From Myxococcota bacterium (GTDB taxonomy: Bacteria; Myxococcota_A; SURF-8): a stretch of DNA of 64,000 bases. This document shows positions 34,835 to 43,904 of the stretch, one piece after another. How positions within the stretch are numbered: position 1 is the first letter of the stretch; each line of letters begins with the position of its first letter. The notes below the pieces were generated by a model that saw nothing but the letters and a program-made list of their open reading frames with translations, had not been told where the DNA came from and did not search any database. The DNA lies in contig OZ223209.1 in assembly GCA_965140415.1 (NCBI GenBank), positions 3,904,001-3,968,000 on the forward strand, in the 5' to 3' direction. The position numbers were made by a program, and so were the translations under genes.

Positions 34835-36136
34835 ATGAAAAAGTCCAATTTGCTGTGTCTGTTGGTTTTCGCCCTGATGTTGTTCTTGATTCCCGCCTGC
34901 GGTGGAGATGACGGAGATAATGGCAATGACCCCGATGGAGATAGCACCTCCGATGGCGATTCCGTACCGGAATGCACCTGCACCAGCGACAACGATTGCC
35001 CGACCGGGTATTACTGCAAATTCTATACGGATTACCCGAATTGTGGTGAAAGCTGTATGCCTCGTTTCGTCGATGGCGACACCACGACAGATGGAGATTC
35101 TCCGCTGCCGGATGGCGACAACACAGTCGATGGCGACAACGCAGTCGACGGTGACAACGCAGTCGATGGCGACAACTCGACCGATGGCGACGTAATCGTC
35201 GATGGTGACGATCCAGTAGTTGATGGCGATGATCCGGTTATCGATGGCGATGATCCGATCATCGATGGTGATGACCCCGTTGTCGACGGTGATGACCCCG
35301 TTGTTGATGGTGACAACCCCGATAGCTGTAACCTCATCAGCGGAACCAATTCGAATTTCATGGTCAACGGTATGAGCCGCACCTTCATTCTTACCGTTCC
35401 CAATGGCGCCGGTCCGCATCCGGTCGTCTTTAACTGGCATGGTTTCGGCGATACCGCAGCAAACATGAACGCATTAATGAGCGGCTACGTCAATAGCCCC
35501 ATTTTCTCTTTTATCCTTGTCACACCCGACGACACCAACATGCAACCACTGAGCGGTATGGACTGGGAGATCCTGACCACCAACGAAAACAACAGGGAAA
35601 TCGCTTTATTCGATGCTGTCATGGATTGCCTGGACGCTCAGTTCGACATCGATTGGAACCACATCCATTCCATCGGTTTTTCCGCAGGTGGCATCATGAC
35701 GGACTTATTGGGCACCATGCGCGGCGATTTGCTGGCCAGCACGGTCTCGTTTTCCGGCGGTTACTTTTCCAATCCGGCAAACTCCAGCCAAACCATGAAC
35801 ATGGTCACCTGGCCTAACTTCGCCGGAACACACAGCTATCCGCAACTCTTCGCACATGGTGGCACAACCGACAGCTATAGCCTGATGATCACGACCATTC
35901 ACTTCGATCAAATGGCCGCCAACGACACGACTTTCCTGAATCAGCGCGGGCACGACGCCATTTTGTGCAATCACAACAGCGGTCATTCCGTGCCGATGGG
36001 AGTGCGCGGTCAGGCCATTCTGGAGTTCTTCCGCGATCATCCGTACACCGTGACCGATTCACCTTACGCAAGCAGCGGATTGCCGGAATCGTTCCCGGAT
36101 TATTGCAGTTTCAGCGGCAAGAGCAGCCGTCGCTGA
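34835..36136 (+). CDS. Paralogous lipoprotein esterase with Cys-rich module and DGD stalk
   Basis: Lipobox IPAC, CTCTSDNDCPTGYYC module, FNWHG, GFSAG, GH; C-terminal domain closely resembles the upstream gene. Confidence 0.88.
   Translation: MKKSNLLCLLVFALMLFLIPACGGDDGDNGNDPDGDSTSDGDSVPECTCTSDNDCPTGYYCKFYTDYPNCGESCMPRFVDGDTTTDGDSPLPDGDNTVDGDNAVDGDNAVDGDNSTDGDVIVDGDDPVVDGDDPVIDGDDPIIDGDDPVVDGDDPVVDGDNPDSCNLISGTNSNFMVNGMSRTFILTVPNGAGPHPVVFNWHGFGDTAANMNALMSGYVNSPIFSFILVTPDDTNMQPLSGMDWEILTTNENNREIALFDAVMDCLDAQFDIDWNHIHSIGFSAGGIMTDLLGTMRGDLLASTVSFSGGYFSNPANSSQTMNMVTWPNFAGTHSYPQLFAHGGTTDSYSLMITTIHFDQMAANDTTFLNQRGHDAILCNHNSGHSVPMGVRGQAILEFFRDHPYTVTDSPYASSGLPESFPDYCSFSGKSSRR
35072..35314 (+). repeat. 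Coding repeat, 13 DGD units with 6-7 aa period
   Basis: NAVDGD and DPVVDGD units. Confidence 0.9.
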
Positions 36137-36167
36137 CGGGATACAATCCACATTGATTTCTTCTGGG

Positions 36168-36192
36168 AGGCGGCCTTTAAGGCCGCTTTCTT
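36168..36192 (+). terminator. Intrinsic terminator
   Basis: GCGGCC-tttaa-GGCCGC followed by TTTCTT. Confidence 0.7.
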
Positions 36193-36283
36193 ATTGCGTT
36201 TTCACCTGAATATCTGATAATCTGCCGACGTAATGGTTTGCATACAGCAATTAAACCGACATTCAGTATCTGGAGGTGTTCCG

Positions 36284-36904
36284 ATGAAACGAACGAAACT
36301 TTTTTCCTTTATGATTATGGCACTGTTGACTCTGGCTCTGTGCGGCCTGTTTACAGCCTGTGGCGGCGATGACGACACCACGATCGACGGCGACACCGCC
36401 GATGGCGACACAGCGGATGGCGACACCACAGACGGCGATACCGTAGACGGCGACACCGTTGACGGCGATACGACCGATGGCGACACGGCAGATGGAGACA
36501 CCGTTGATGGCGACACGACGGACGGCGACGCCGACGTGCATCCGATTTACGGTCAGTGGAGCTTCGGTGTGGAAGATCAGGGAACCACGCTATATATCTT
36601 TACCGAGTTTCTACAGGACGGCACCTATCGCAGTTGCGGCGGCGCTGCCGATTCGACCGTAGCCTGCTTTGAAGGCGCGACAGCCGATCTGCTGGTAGAC
36701 GGAACCATGACCCTGGTTTCCGATACGGAAATTCAACTAAAGGACGAAGGCGGCCAGTATCCCTGCCCCAGCGATCAGCTTGGCAATTACAGCATCGCCT
36801 TTTCCGATGACGACAATACCGTGACCTTGACGCTGATCACCGATGACTGCACCAACCGTTCCAGCAGCACGGATGGCCGCGTCTTCACGCGCGCAGTGGA
36901 ATAA
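36284..36904 (+). CDS. Lipoprotein: (TxDGD)10 stalk + small beta-rich (lipocalin-like) domain
   Basis: Lipobox FTAC, IYGQW motif, four Cys; ATG at 36284 after GGAGG. Confidence 0.8.
   Translation: MKRTKLFSFMIMALLTLALCGLFTACGGDDDTTIDGDTADGDTADGDTTDGDTVDGDTVDGDTTDGDTADGDTVDGDTTDGDADVHPIYGQWSFGVEDQGTTLYIFTEFLQDGTYRSCGGAADSTVACFEGATADLLVDGTMTLVSDTEIQLKDEGGQYPCPSDQLGNYSIAFSDDDNTVTLTLITDDCTNRSSSTDGRVFTRAVE
36380..36529 (+). repeat. 10 x 15-bp coding tandem repeat (TxDGD)
   Basis: Exact 5-aa period with synonymous codon variation. Confidence 0.92.
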
Positions 36905-36942
36905 ATCGGCAACAATCGCGGTACACAGCAAGGGAAGACAAA

Positions 36943-38118
36943 ATGCAGGCGGTAGAACTTGTGAATGGCGTTCACTGGGTGGGAGCGATCGACTGGAATC
37001 GCTCTATTTTCGATGAATTGATGCCGCTGCCCGATGGCACCAGCTACAATGCCTATCTGGTTCAGGGCAGTGAAAAAACGGCGCTGATCGAGACTGTCGA
37101 GGAGGATTTCTCGCACGAACTGTTCGGGCGCTTGGAATCGCTTGGAGTTTCACGCATCGATTACATCATCGCCAATCACGCCGAGCAGGACCACTCCGGT
37201 TCGCTGCCTCTTGTGATGCAACGCTACCCCGAAGCGCAACTAATCACGTCGAAAAAGGGCGTGGCAGCGTTGTCTGACCTGCTGCAACTCGACGCATCGC
37301 GCATGCAGGCGGTTGCCGATGGCGACACCCTGGATCTGGGCGGTCGCACTCTGGAATTCATCGATTTCCCCTGGGTACATTGGCCGGAAACCATGCTGAC
37401 TTTCTTAAAAGAAGACCGGGTGCTGTTCCCCTGCGACCTGTTCGGTTCTCATTTCGCGACAGCGGAAATGAAACAGGAACTGAACGGGCGTTTGTATAAC
37501 GCCTTGAAACTGTACTACGCCCAGATCATGATGCCTTTCCGCAAGGTCATCGAAAAGAATCTGGTTAAAGTAACCGAGCGCAAGCCGGTGATGATCGCCC
37601 CCAGCCACGGTCCGGTCCATACCAACCCGGACTCCATTATTTCGCTATATCAGCAGTGGGTCGGCGATCAGGTTCAGAATCGCGTGGTGCTGCCTTACGT
37701 CAGCATGCATGGCTCGACCAGCCACCTGGTAAATGCCCTGATCGAAGCGCTGATGGCGCGCGAGATTCCGGTGGAACCATTCAACCTGACTCATGCCGAT
37801 ACCGGCAAACTGGCGGCAGCGCTGGTTGATGCCGCCACCATCGTCATCGGCTCACCCACCGTATTGGGCGGACCGCATCCCATGGTTTCCTATGCCTGCA
37901 TTCTGGCCAACCTGCTCAAACCCAAAACACGCTTTGCCGGAATCATTGGCAGCTATGGCTGGGCCGGACATCTGGTTAAAGACATCCAAGCTCTGATTCC
38001 CAAACTGAAGGTCGAATTGTTCGAACCGGTATTGTGCAAGGGCCTGCCAAACGATGACGCCTACACGGCCATCGAACAACTGGCCGACACCATTGCAGAA
38101 AAGCATCGAAGCCTATAA
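36943..38118 (+). CDS. fprA: Flavodiiron protein (FprA, A-type flavoprotein)
   Basis: GTSYNAY, NHAEQDH, HWPE, PSHG, flavodoxin SMHGST/GSYGW. Confidence 0.95.
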   Translation: MQAVELVNGVHWVGAIDWNRSIFDELMPLPDGTSYNAYLVQGSEKTALIETVEEDFSHELFGRLESLGVSRIDYIIANHAEQDHSGSLPLVMQRYPEAQLITSKKGVAALSDLLQLDASRMQAVADGDTLDLGGRTLEFIDFPWVHWPETMLTFLKEDRVLFPCDLFGSHFATAEMKQELNGRLYNALKLYYAQIMMPFRKVIEKNLVKVTERKPVMIAPSHGPVHTNPDSIISLYQQWVGDQVQNRVVLPYVSMHGSTSHLVNALIEALMAREIPVEPFNLTHADTGKLAAALVDAATIVIGSPTVLGGPHPMVSYACILANLLKPKTRFAGIIGSYGWAGHLVKDIQALIPKLKVELFEPVLCKGLPNDDAYTAIEQLADTIAEKHRSL

Positions 38119-38152
38119 ATCGGTGCACGCTTCCAAACCAAGGAGCCACCCG

Positions 38153-38422
38153 ATGAGCACACACACCCGACCTGCAAGATTCGTTTTCGTGATCGTGATG
38201 CTGCTACTGTGTGTGCTTCTGCTTCTTCCAATGGCTTCCTGCAAGAAAAAGCAAGCCGCCTCTTCTGCGGCGAAACCCCAGGTTCAACAGCATAAACCGG
38301 AACCCATCTTGGATTTCAACAGCAAGAAATCGGCGATTCAAAAGTCCAAAGAAGTATCGGATACGATCGAGAAGTCCTTCCAGCAACAGGACCAGGCCCT
38401 GCAACGAGCCATTGGAGACTGA
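38153..38422 (+). CDS. Small lipoprotein
   Basis: ATG after AGGAG, hydrophobic stretch, lipobox MASC. Confidence 0.7.
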   Translation: MSTHTRPARFVFVIVMLLLCVLLLLPMASCKKKQAASSAAKPQVQQHKPEPILDFNSKKSAIQKSKEVSDTIEKSFQQQDQALQRAIGD

Positions 38423-38437
38423 AAGCGCTTAGGCAGG

Positions 38438-39103
38438 CTACGCTTCCGGCGCCGTTAGATTTTCTGAAAGAGCGCCACACACGGCGGCTGTCGTCCAGTC
38501 ATGATTCAATTCGAACAAACTCGTTAGAAAATCGGCATGGCTGCGCCCATTTCGATAGTCCGGTTCACGGGGCGGATGCGGCAGATAGCGCTCGATGGAA
38601 GAAAGGTCAGGCTGCACCAACAGACACGCGGAAAAATAGGCAGCGTCACGCAAGATACGCAAACTACTGCCGGCAAATTTGCGATCTTTGCTTGTCAGAT
38701 CGGAAATCCCTTGAACGGAAATCCCTTCAATTCCGATTTCACATAAACCACCAAGCAGCCAGGCGGAAAACCGGTCGAGCAAGCGACGTACATCCCCCCT
38801 CTTCTCAAGCGGCACAACCGCCGATACAATCACGTTTCCCGGATCGAGCACGACGGCACAGCCACCTCCGTCCCGACGCAAAAATGAAACACCATCGTGT
38901 TGTATGGAGTCTAAAAAGACTTCCTGCTGCACCTGGCTGCCTCGTCCCAATACGACCATGGTTCGCTCAGGACAAGAAACACCTAGCTGCGCCTTACGCG
39001 TTGCACGAAAAAGCTCGATCAGTTCATCATCGTAGTCGTAGCGGGAGATCGAAAGCAGGCGATCTTCACCTTCGACAGTTCCCGGCTTGCTTTCCTCGCT
39101 CAA
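38438..39103 (-). CDS. Lipoate-protein ligase family catalytic-domain protein
   Basis: RRDGGGCAV, SD, RKFAGSS; TTG start at 39103 overlapping the upstream stop. Confidence 0.8.
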   Translation of the reverse strand: MSEESKPGTVEGEDRLLSISRYDYDDELIELFRATRKAQLGVSCPERTMVVLGRGSQVQQEVFLDSIQHDGVSFLRRDGGGCAVVLDPGNVIVSAVVPLEKRGDVRRLLDRFSAWLLGGLCEIGIEGISVQGISDLTSKDRKFAGSSLRILRDAAYFSACLLVQPDLSSIERYLPHPPREPDYRNGRSHADFLTSLFELNHDWTTAAVCGALSENLTAPEA

Positions 39104-39822
39104 TGCCCCACCAGCTTGCGGTAAAGCTTTGGCGGCAACAGGCGTAAAATCACCATACCCAGCCACATTGGAAGGGGGAAATTGATATTCAACTTGCCGC
39201 GCTCTGCACCATCCAGAATGCAACGCGCCGCTTTTTCCGCCGTGTAGAGGAAAGGCATCGGGTGCTTGTTACCCTGGGTCATGGGCGTATCGATGAATCC
39301 CGGATGTACGGTAAGAAACTGCAAGCCCGCTCTGCCATAGGTCAAGCGCATCGCTTCGAAAGCGCTGCTGATGGCTGCTTTACTTGAACCATACGCGGCA
39401 GAATCCGGTAGACCGCGATAGGCCGCCAGACTGGAGGTCGCGACAAAGGTTCCGCTGCCACGTTCTTTCATGCGCTCAAATAGCGCAGCTACGAAATGCA
39501 GCACACCGAAATAGTTGATGGCAAAGGTACGTTCGTGCAGCTCGATATCGAAGGCCTTATGGCTGTCCATCAGTCCGTATCCCGCATTCAGAAAAACGAC
39601 ATCAGGCAGTTCATTCAGACCGTCGCAGATTTCCTTCACGCGCGCCTTGTCGGTGACATCGCAGGCAATCGGCACCAGCATCTCCCCCAAGTCTTCGCGC
39701 AGGATCTCTAGCCGGTCGATGCGCCTTGCCAGCGCAAATACACGATGTCCACGCTTGACGGCCAAACGCGCCATCTGCTCGCCGATTCCAGAACTCGCTC
39801 CAGTAATCAGGTAAACCGCCAC
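39100..39822 (-). CDS. Classical SDR oxidoreductase
   Basis: TGASSGIG, NAG, YGSSK, PGFIDTPMT; GTG start after AGGAGGAG. Confidence 0.92.
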   Translation of the reverse strand: MAVYLITGASSGIGEQMARLAVKRGHRVFALARRIDRLEILREDLGEMLVPIACDVTDKARVKEICDGLNELPDVVFLNAGYGLMDSHKAFDIELHERTFAINYFGVLHFVAALFERMKERGSGTFVATSSLAAYRGLPDSAAYGSSKAAISSAFEAMRLTYGRAGLQFLTVHPGFIDTPMTQGNKHPMPFLYTAEKAARCILDGAERGKLNINFPLPMWLGMVILRLLPPKLYRKLVGH

Positions 39823-39873
39823 GACTCCTCCTTTCACGGCACGTCAACCACCCGCGCCGTTGCTCGATATCTT

Positions 39874-40188
39874 CTAGACCGATTCAGGATCGATTACAAA
39901 AGTTCCCGATTCCCGCTCGGTCACACGCACCCATAAAGATTTCCGCCCATCCAGTTCCGGTCGTTCACCCCGCAAGCGATTGAAATCGGTCGCATCTACG
40001 AATCGTTGCAGCAATTCGTATTCCGCTTCCTCCGACTCCGTTAAGCCATCCTCGCCTTGCAAGGCTTGGGTCGTCAGTTCTCGAATTCTCATGCGCGCAC
40101 TGGTTTCAACGCAATGCTCGTCCAAATGCAGGCGAACGGCAAACACAGTGTCCTTCATCGGGTACCTCTCCTGCATGTAACGTGTCAT
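39874..40188 (-). CDS. Hypothetical protein
   Basis: ATGA overlap with the mutM stop; fills the operon gap. Confidence 0.65.
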   Translation of the reverse strand: MTRYMQERYPMKDTVFAVRLHLDEHCVETSARMRIRELTTQALQGEDGLTESEEAEYELLQRFVDATDFNRLRGERPELDGRKSLWVRVTERESGTFVIDPESV

Positions 40189-40988
40189 TTCTCCAACGGC
40201 TGACAACGAGAGCAGACGTGCGTTCCTCGTTGCATAACGACCAGGCGTTCAATCGGCTGCTTGCAAACCGGGCAGGGTTCTCCTTCCCTGCCATACACAC
40301 GCAGAAAGTCCTGCATCTTGCCGCCGGGATAAATCCAGTCCAAGCTGGTTCCATTGTGGCGGATGCCCTCGCGCAAGACGCTGCGAATCGACCGCACCAG
40401 CCGCGCCGTTTCCTCTGCCGTCAAGGATATCGCCAACCGTTCCGGGTGCAAGCCCGCGCGAAAGAGGGACTCATCGGTGTAGATATTTCCCAAACCGGCA
40501 ATCAGCGATTGATCCAGAAGCAAAGGCTTCAACTTGCGACGTCGTCCGGCAAACAGAGCGAGCAGTCTTTTGGCCGTAAACTGCGGTGACAAGGGCTCCA
40601 AACCCAACGTCGCCTCATAACGCTCCGGTTCCGTCTCGTAACGGATACGCCCGAATTTACGAGCATCGATAAAGTGAAGTATTCTGCCGTTATCCAGTTT
40701 CCACACAGCACGAACGTGACTGCGTTCCTTCTCCGGCGGCTCCCAACTTAACCGTCCGCTCATACGCAAATGAATGAACAGGGCCGCGCCGCCTTCCATG
40801 CTGAACTTCAACTGTTTCCCCCGTCTGCCTAACGCCAGGAAACGAGCGCCTTTTAGCAGCCGTTGCAGGCTGGTATAAGCCGGTTGACATTGTTTAGGCC
40901 AGTACGATTGAAACGATACAACACGCCGCCCTTTGACATCGGGATGAAATTGATTGGCGATGGTCTGCACTTCGGGCAATTCCGGCAT
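40185..40988 (-). CDS. mutM: Formamidopyrimidine-DNA glycosylase
   Basis: MPELPEV, HLRMSG, D.RKFG, GLGNIY, C-terminal zinc finger. Confidence 0.97.
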   Translation of the reverse strand: MPELPEVQTIANQFHPDVKGRRVVSFQSYWPKQCQPAYTSLQRLLKGARFLALGRRGKQLKFSMEGGAALFIHLRMSGRLSWEPPEKERSHVRAVWKLDNGRILHFIDARKFGRIRYETEPERYEATLGLEPLSPQFTAKRLLALFAGRRRKLKPLLLDQSLIAGLGNIYTDESLFRAGLHPERLAISLTAEETARLVRSIRSVLREGIRHNGTSLDWIYPGGKMQDFLRVYGREGEPCPVCKQPIERLVVMQRGTHVCSRCQPLEK

Positions 40989-41041
40989 CGTCGTCCTTCC
41001 GAAATTACGGACGGGGGTAAAAATCGCTTACGGAAATTCCT

Positions 41042-41719
41042 CTAGCGGATCAACTTGTTGCAATAATCCTGGAAAACCGCTTTGCCATCGTCGAAATATT
41101 TCGTAATTTCCACACCAACACCGGCATTCATTCCCAATCGTTCCGCAACTTGCTGATTTGCCACGAACACGACCTTGCCCTCGACCCGAATCGTGCGGTT
41201 GATATCGGCCAACTCGATTTCCACGTCGATAAGCGATTTCATCTCCAACGGCTCTTCGGTCTGGATATACAAACCGCCGATACTGATGTTGAGCGTGTAA
41301 GCATCCATGAATTCTTGCGGCCCATTGAAGCGAACGCGGAAAACCTTTTCGAAACGGGGCTCTTTACGCAACTCTTTAAAGGAGCCTTGAAGTTTCTCAA
41401 GTAGCTGTTGGTATTCGGCGTTGTAGTCGGTAAACATGATGCCCATGTCGAAACTGGCATCGAAACCGGTAGGACATTCAGGGCGATAACTCCAGCGTAC
41501 CTGACCTTCCGTTCGAATATCCGTTGGCTCCGAACGAATCACCAGATTCAAATACGTTCCCGGCTTGTAGACCGTACGACTATTGATGGCAACCCCGCCT
41601 ACCGACAGGTTGCGAATAAAGCCAACATAGGGCGTTCCTTCCGGTCCGAAAAACACCTGTATGCGATTTGGAACCCGTTGTTGTGAACGTTTTTCATGCA
41701 TGCCGACCTCCCCGATCAA
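41042..41719 (-). CDS. Tandem PilZ-domain protein
   Basis: Two RxxxR + NxSxGG pairs (RSQQR/NLSVGG; RKEPR/NISIGG). Confidence 0.9.
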   Translation of the reverse strand: MIGEVGMHEKRSQQRVPNRIQVFFGPEGTPYVGFIRNLSVGGVAINSRTVYKPGTYLNLVIRSEPTDIRTEGQVRWSYRPECPTGFDASFDMGIMFTDYNAEYQQLLEKLQGSFKELRKEPRFEKVFRVRFNGPQEFMDAYTLNISIGGLYIQTEEPLEMKSLIDVEIELADINRTIRVEGKVVFVANQQVAERLGMNAGVGVEITKYFDDGKAVFQDYCNKLIR

Positions 41720-41835
41720 TACGCTCTTGAACTTGCAAACTCTGTATGCAATACCCCATTGAGATCTGAAACTACCGTAGCTTATCCCGGTAGCAGGAAG
41801 CTGTCAACTTCCCGGCGTGTCAATCCGTACTTGCC

Positions 41836-42720
41836 TCATGTACTTACCGCGCCCCGAGCCAGAAGCAACAAGCCCAGCATAATCACCACCGATCCGGCAA
41901 GCCGCCAGCCGGTATTCCGTTCGTGAAACAGCATAGCGCCCCATAGAAGCCCGGAGAGCAGCAATCCACCACGCTTCAATGTAATGACGTAGGCTACATG
42001 CGGCGCGACGTGCACAGCCGCCATTTGGCTGACGTTCATCAGCACCTGAATGATACCAATCAGCACCAGCGGCTTCCACAATTGGACAGCAGCTCTTTTT
42101 ACCGGGGTTTTCGTAATCACCAGCAGCGGAATGAAAAAGAGCGTGATCGTTACATTCGCCAGCGCCGGATAATAAGTCGGACCGATTTCATTCATGCATA
42201 ACTTGTCGATATTGGCGGTAATACTCCAGATCAGGGCGACCATCAGCATCAACCGCGAACCGGGCTCATATACAAACGCCCGCAGCATATCGACGAAACT
42301 TCTTCCCGGTGCACGTTGCAACAGCAAACAACCCACAACCACCACCACAATCGACAACGCCCCTTGAAGGCTCACCTGTTGATCGAGCATCACATACGAG
42401 GTCGCCATCATCATTACGGGAGTCAACGATAGCAGGGGGATATCCCGTGACAATTCTCCAACCCGCAACGCCTTGAAATAGAGGCTTACTGCGGCAACCA
42501 GTAATGCACCGCCAAGGGCAAGGTAAAAAATGACGATTGGAGTGATTGTCGGCAGCGGCTCGCTTCGAACAAGCAGATATGTTCCAAAGAACGGCAGGCT
42601 GAACAGCGAAGCCGCCCAGGTAACGAGCAGGTAGTTCGTACCGTCCATCACTTTTTTTGCAACGGCGCCCTGTGTTGCGGTGAAAAATCCGCAGGCAAAA
42701 GCTAATAGAATCCACAACAT
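41836..42720 (-). CDS. EamA/DMT family transporter
   Basis: About 10 TM segments in two repeats. Confidence 0.85.
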   Translation of the reverse strand: MLWILLAFACGFFTATQGAVAKKVMDGTNYLLVTWAASLFSLPFFGTYLLVRSEPLPTITPIVIFYLALGGALLVAAVSLYFKALRVGELSRDIPLLSLTPVMMMATSYVMLDQQVSLQGALSIVVVVVGCLLLQRAPGRSFVDMLRAFVYEPGSRLMLMVALIWSITANIDKLCMNEIGPTYYPALANVTITLFFIPLLVITKTPVKRAAVQLWKPLVLIGIIQVLMNVSQMAAVHVAPHVAYVITLKRGGLLLSGLLWGAMLFHERNTGWRLAGSVVIMLGLLLLARGAVST

Positions 42721-42755
42721 GGAAGTGCTTGCTATTCGAAGTGGAGGGAACTCAC

Positions 42756-43688
42756 TCAGGCCACCGGCTCATAGGGGTCCAGAATGACGGAAAACGGGTC
42801 CGTGCGATGCAGGTAAACCTCGTCCAACATCCCCACCAAAGCCCGAATGGTGCTCATATCCCGATCCTGGGAACGATGCGCCTTGCTGAATCGCGCCATC
42901 ACGTGACGGCACTCCCAGCCGTTTCTGGCTTCCAGGGTGGCATCCCAGGTTTCGGTAACGGGCAGAGGGTCCGTTCTTCCCAATAGTTTGAAGGGCCAAT
43001 ACTTGTTCAGACCGTAGTAGACGTGCGATACCCGATGCGCCGGAGTTCCATCCAAGGTGGCGCTTGCATCCGCCGCCAGACGCACACCAGCGGTCGTAAA
43101 ACGTGACGCAACCTGGTGTTCGGGATGACCGGTAAAACCGTTATGCGGACAGAAGGTAAAAATCAGATCCGGGCGGAATTTTCGAATCGCCTGCGCGATA
43201 ACGATCGTGGGATCTTTCTTGCGTTGCCAGATGCGAGCCAGTTCCGGGCGCGACGGGAAACTTTCCACTGGCAGCGAAGCATTGAAGTAGCTCTCATGCT
43301 GCAATTCGGCCCGGTACAATTCGGCGGCGATCTTCATTTCTTTCTGGCGAACGGTCCGCAGATCCGGCAAACAGCCTTCCTGGCGGCAGCACTCACCACC
43401 TTCACCTTCCGTTAACACCAGCATATACAATGGGTTACGATACATCAGGCTGGAACGCAGCAGAATCGAACCCACCATGGTTTCATCGTCTGGATGAGCC
43501 GCCACCCACATCACCCGCGCGCCATCGAGCAGCAGTTTTTCAATATCCGCCCCTTTCGGGCGCACCGGAGCGGTCGCACAACTCGTCAGTACGGAAGCAC
43601 TGCCCGTCAAGGCGGAAGCCGCCAATAAACTCTTTGCGGAATGAAGAAGAAAATTACGGCGCGAATAAGACTGCATGGAGCACCTCAA
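42756..43688 (-). CDS. PIG-L family deacetylase with Tat/lipoprotein signal
   Basis: SRRNFL, LTSC, AHPDDE, GHPEH. Confidence 0.9.
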   Translation of the reverse strand: MRCSMQSYSRRNFLLHSAKSLLAASALTGSASVLTSCATAPVRPKGADIEKLLLDGARVMWVAAHPDDETMVGSILLRSSLMYRNPLYMLVLTEGEGGECCRQEGCLPDLRTVRQKEMKIAAELYRAELQHESYFNASLPVESFPSRPELARIWQRKKDPTIVIAQAIRKFRPDLIFTFCPHNGFTGHPEHQVASRFTTAGVRLAADASATLDGTPAHRVSHVYYGLNKYWPFKLLGRTDPLPVTETWDATLEARNGWECRHVMARFSKAHRSQDRDMSTIRALVGMLDEVYLHRTDPFSVILDPYEPVA

Positions 43689-43904
43689 CTCAATTCAAGA
43701 CGTAACGGTTTCCCGTTTTCATCAAAGCAAAAACGCAAACCTATTGCTATGATAAAAAGCGGGATAGTCCTTAACTTGCTAATATTAAAGTTCAAAACGG
43801 CCTTTAATCTACCGTTTTAACTTGACACGAGCGACCCTTTTGGTCAAGACTTTAGGTAGTTTTTCCCAATACCTCGCCCGGGAACCATTTGATAGGAGGA
43901 GTTT

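Noticed and set aside
36380-36529. Tandem DNA repeats as a possible CRISPR array
   Set aside because: The 15-bp in-frame units vary at synonymous positions, have no unique spacers, and no cas genes are present.
33229-36541. Minus-strand ORFs with (SPS)n or (VAID)n repeats (33229-33750, 34781-35440, 35032-35466, 36202-36516)
   Set aside because: They are antisense shadows of the DGD-coding repeats. The plus-strand frames have RBS, lipobox and catalytic motifs.
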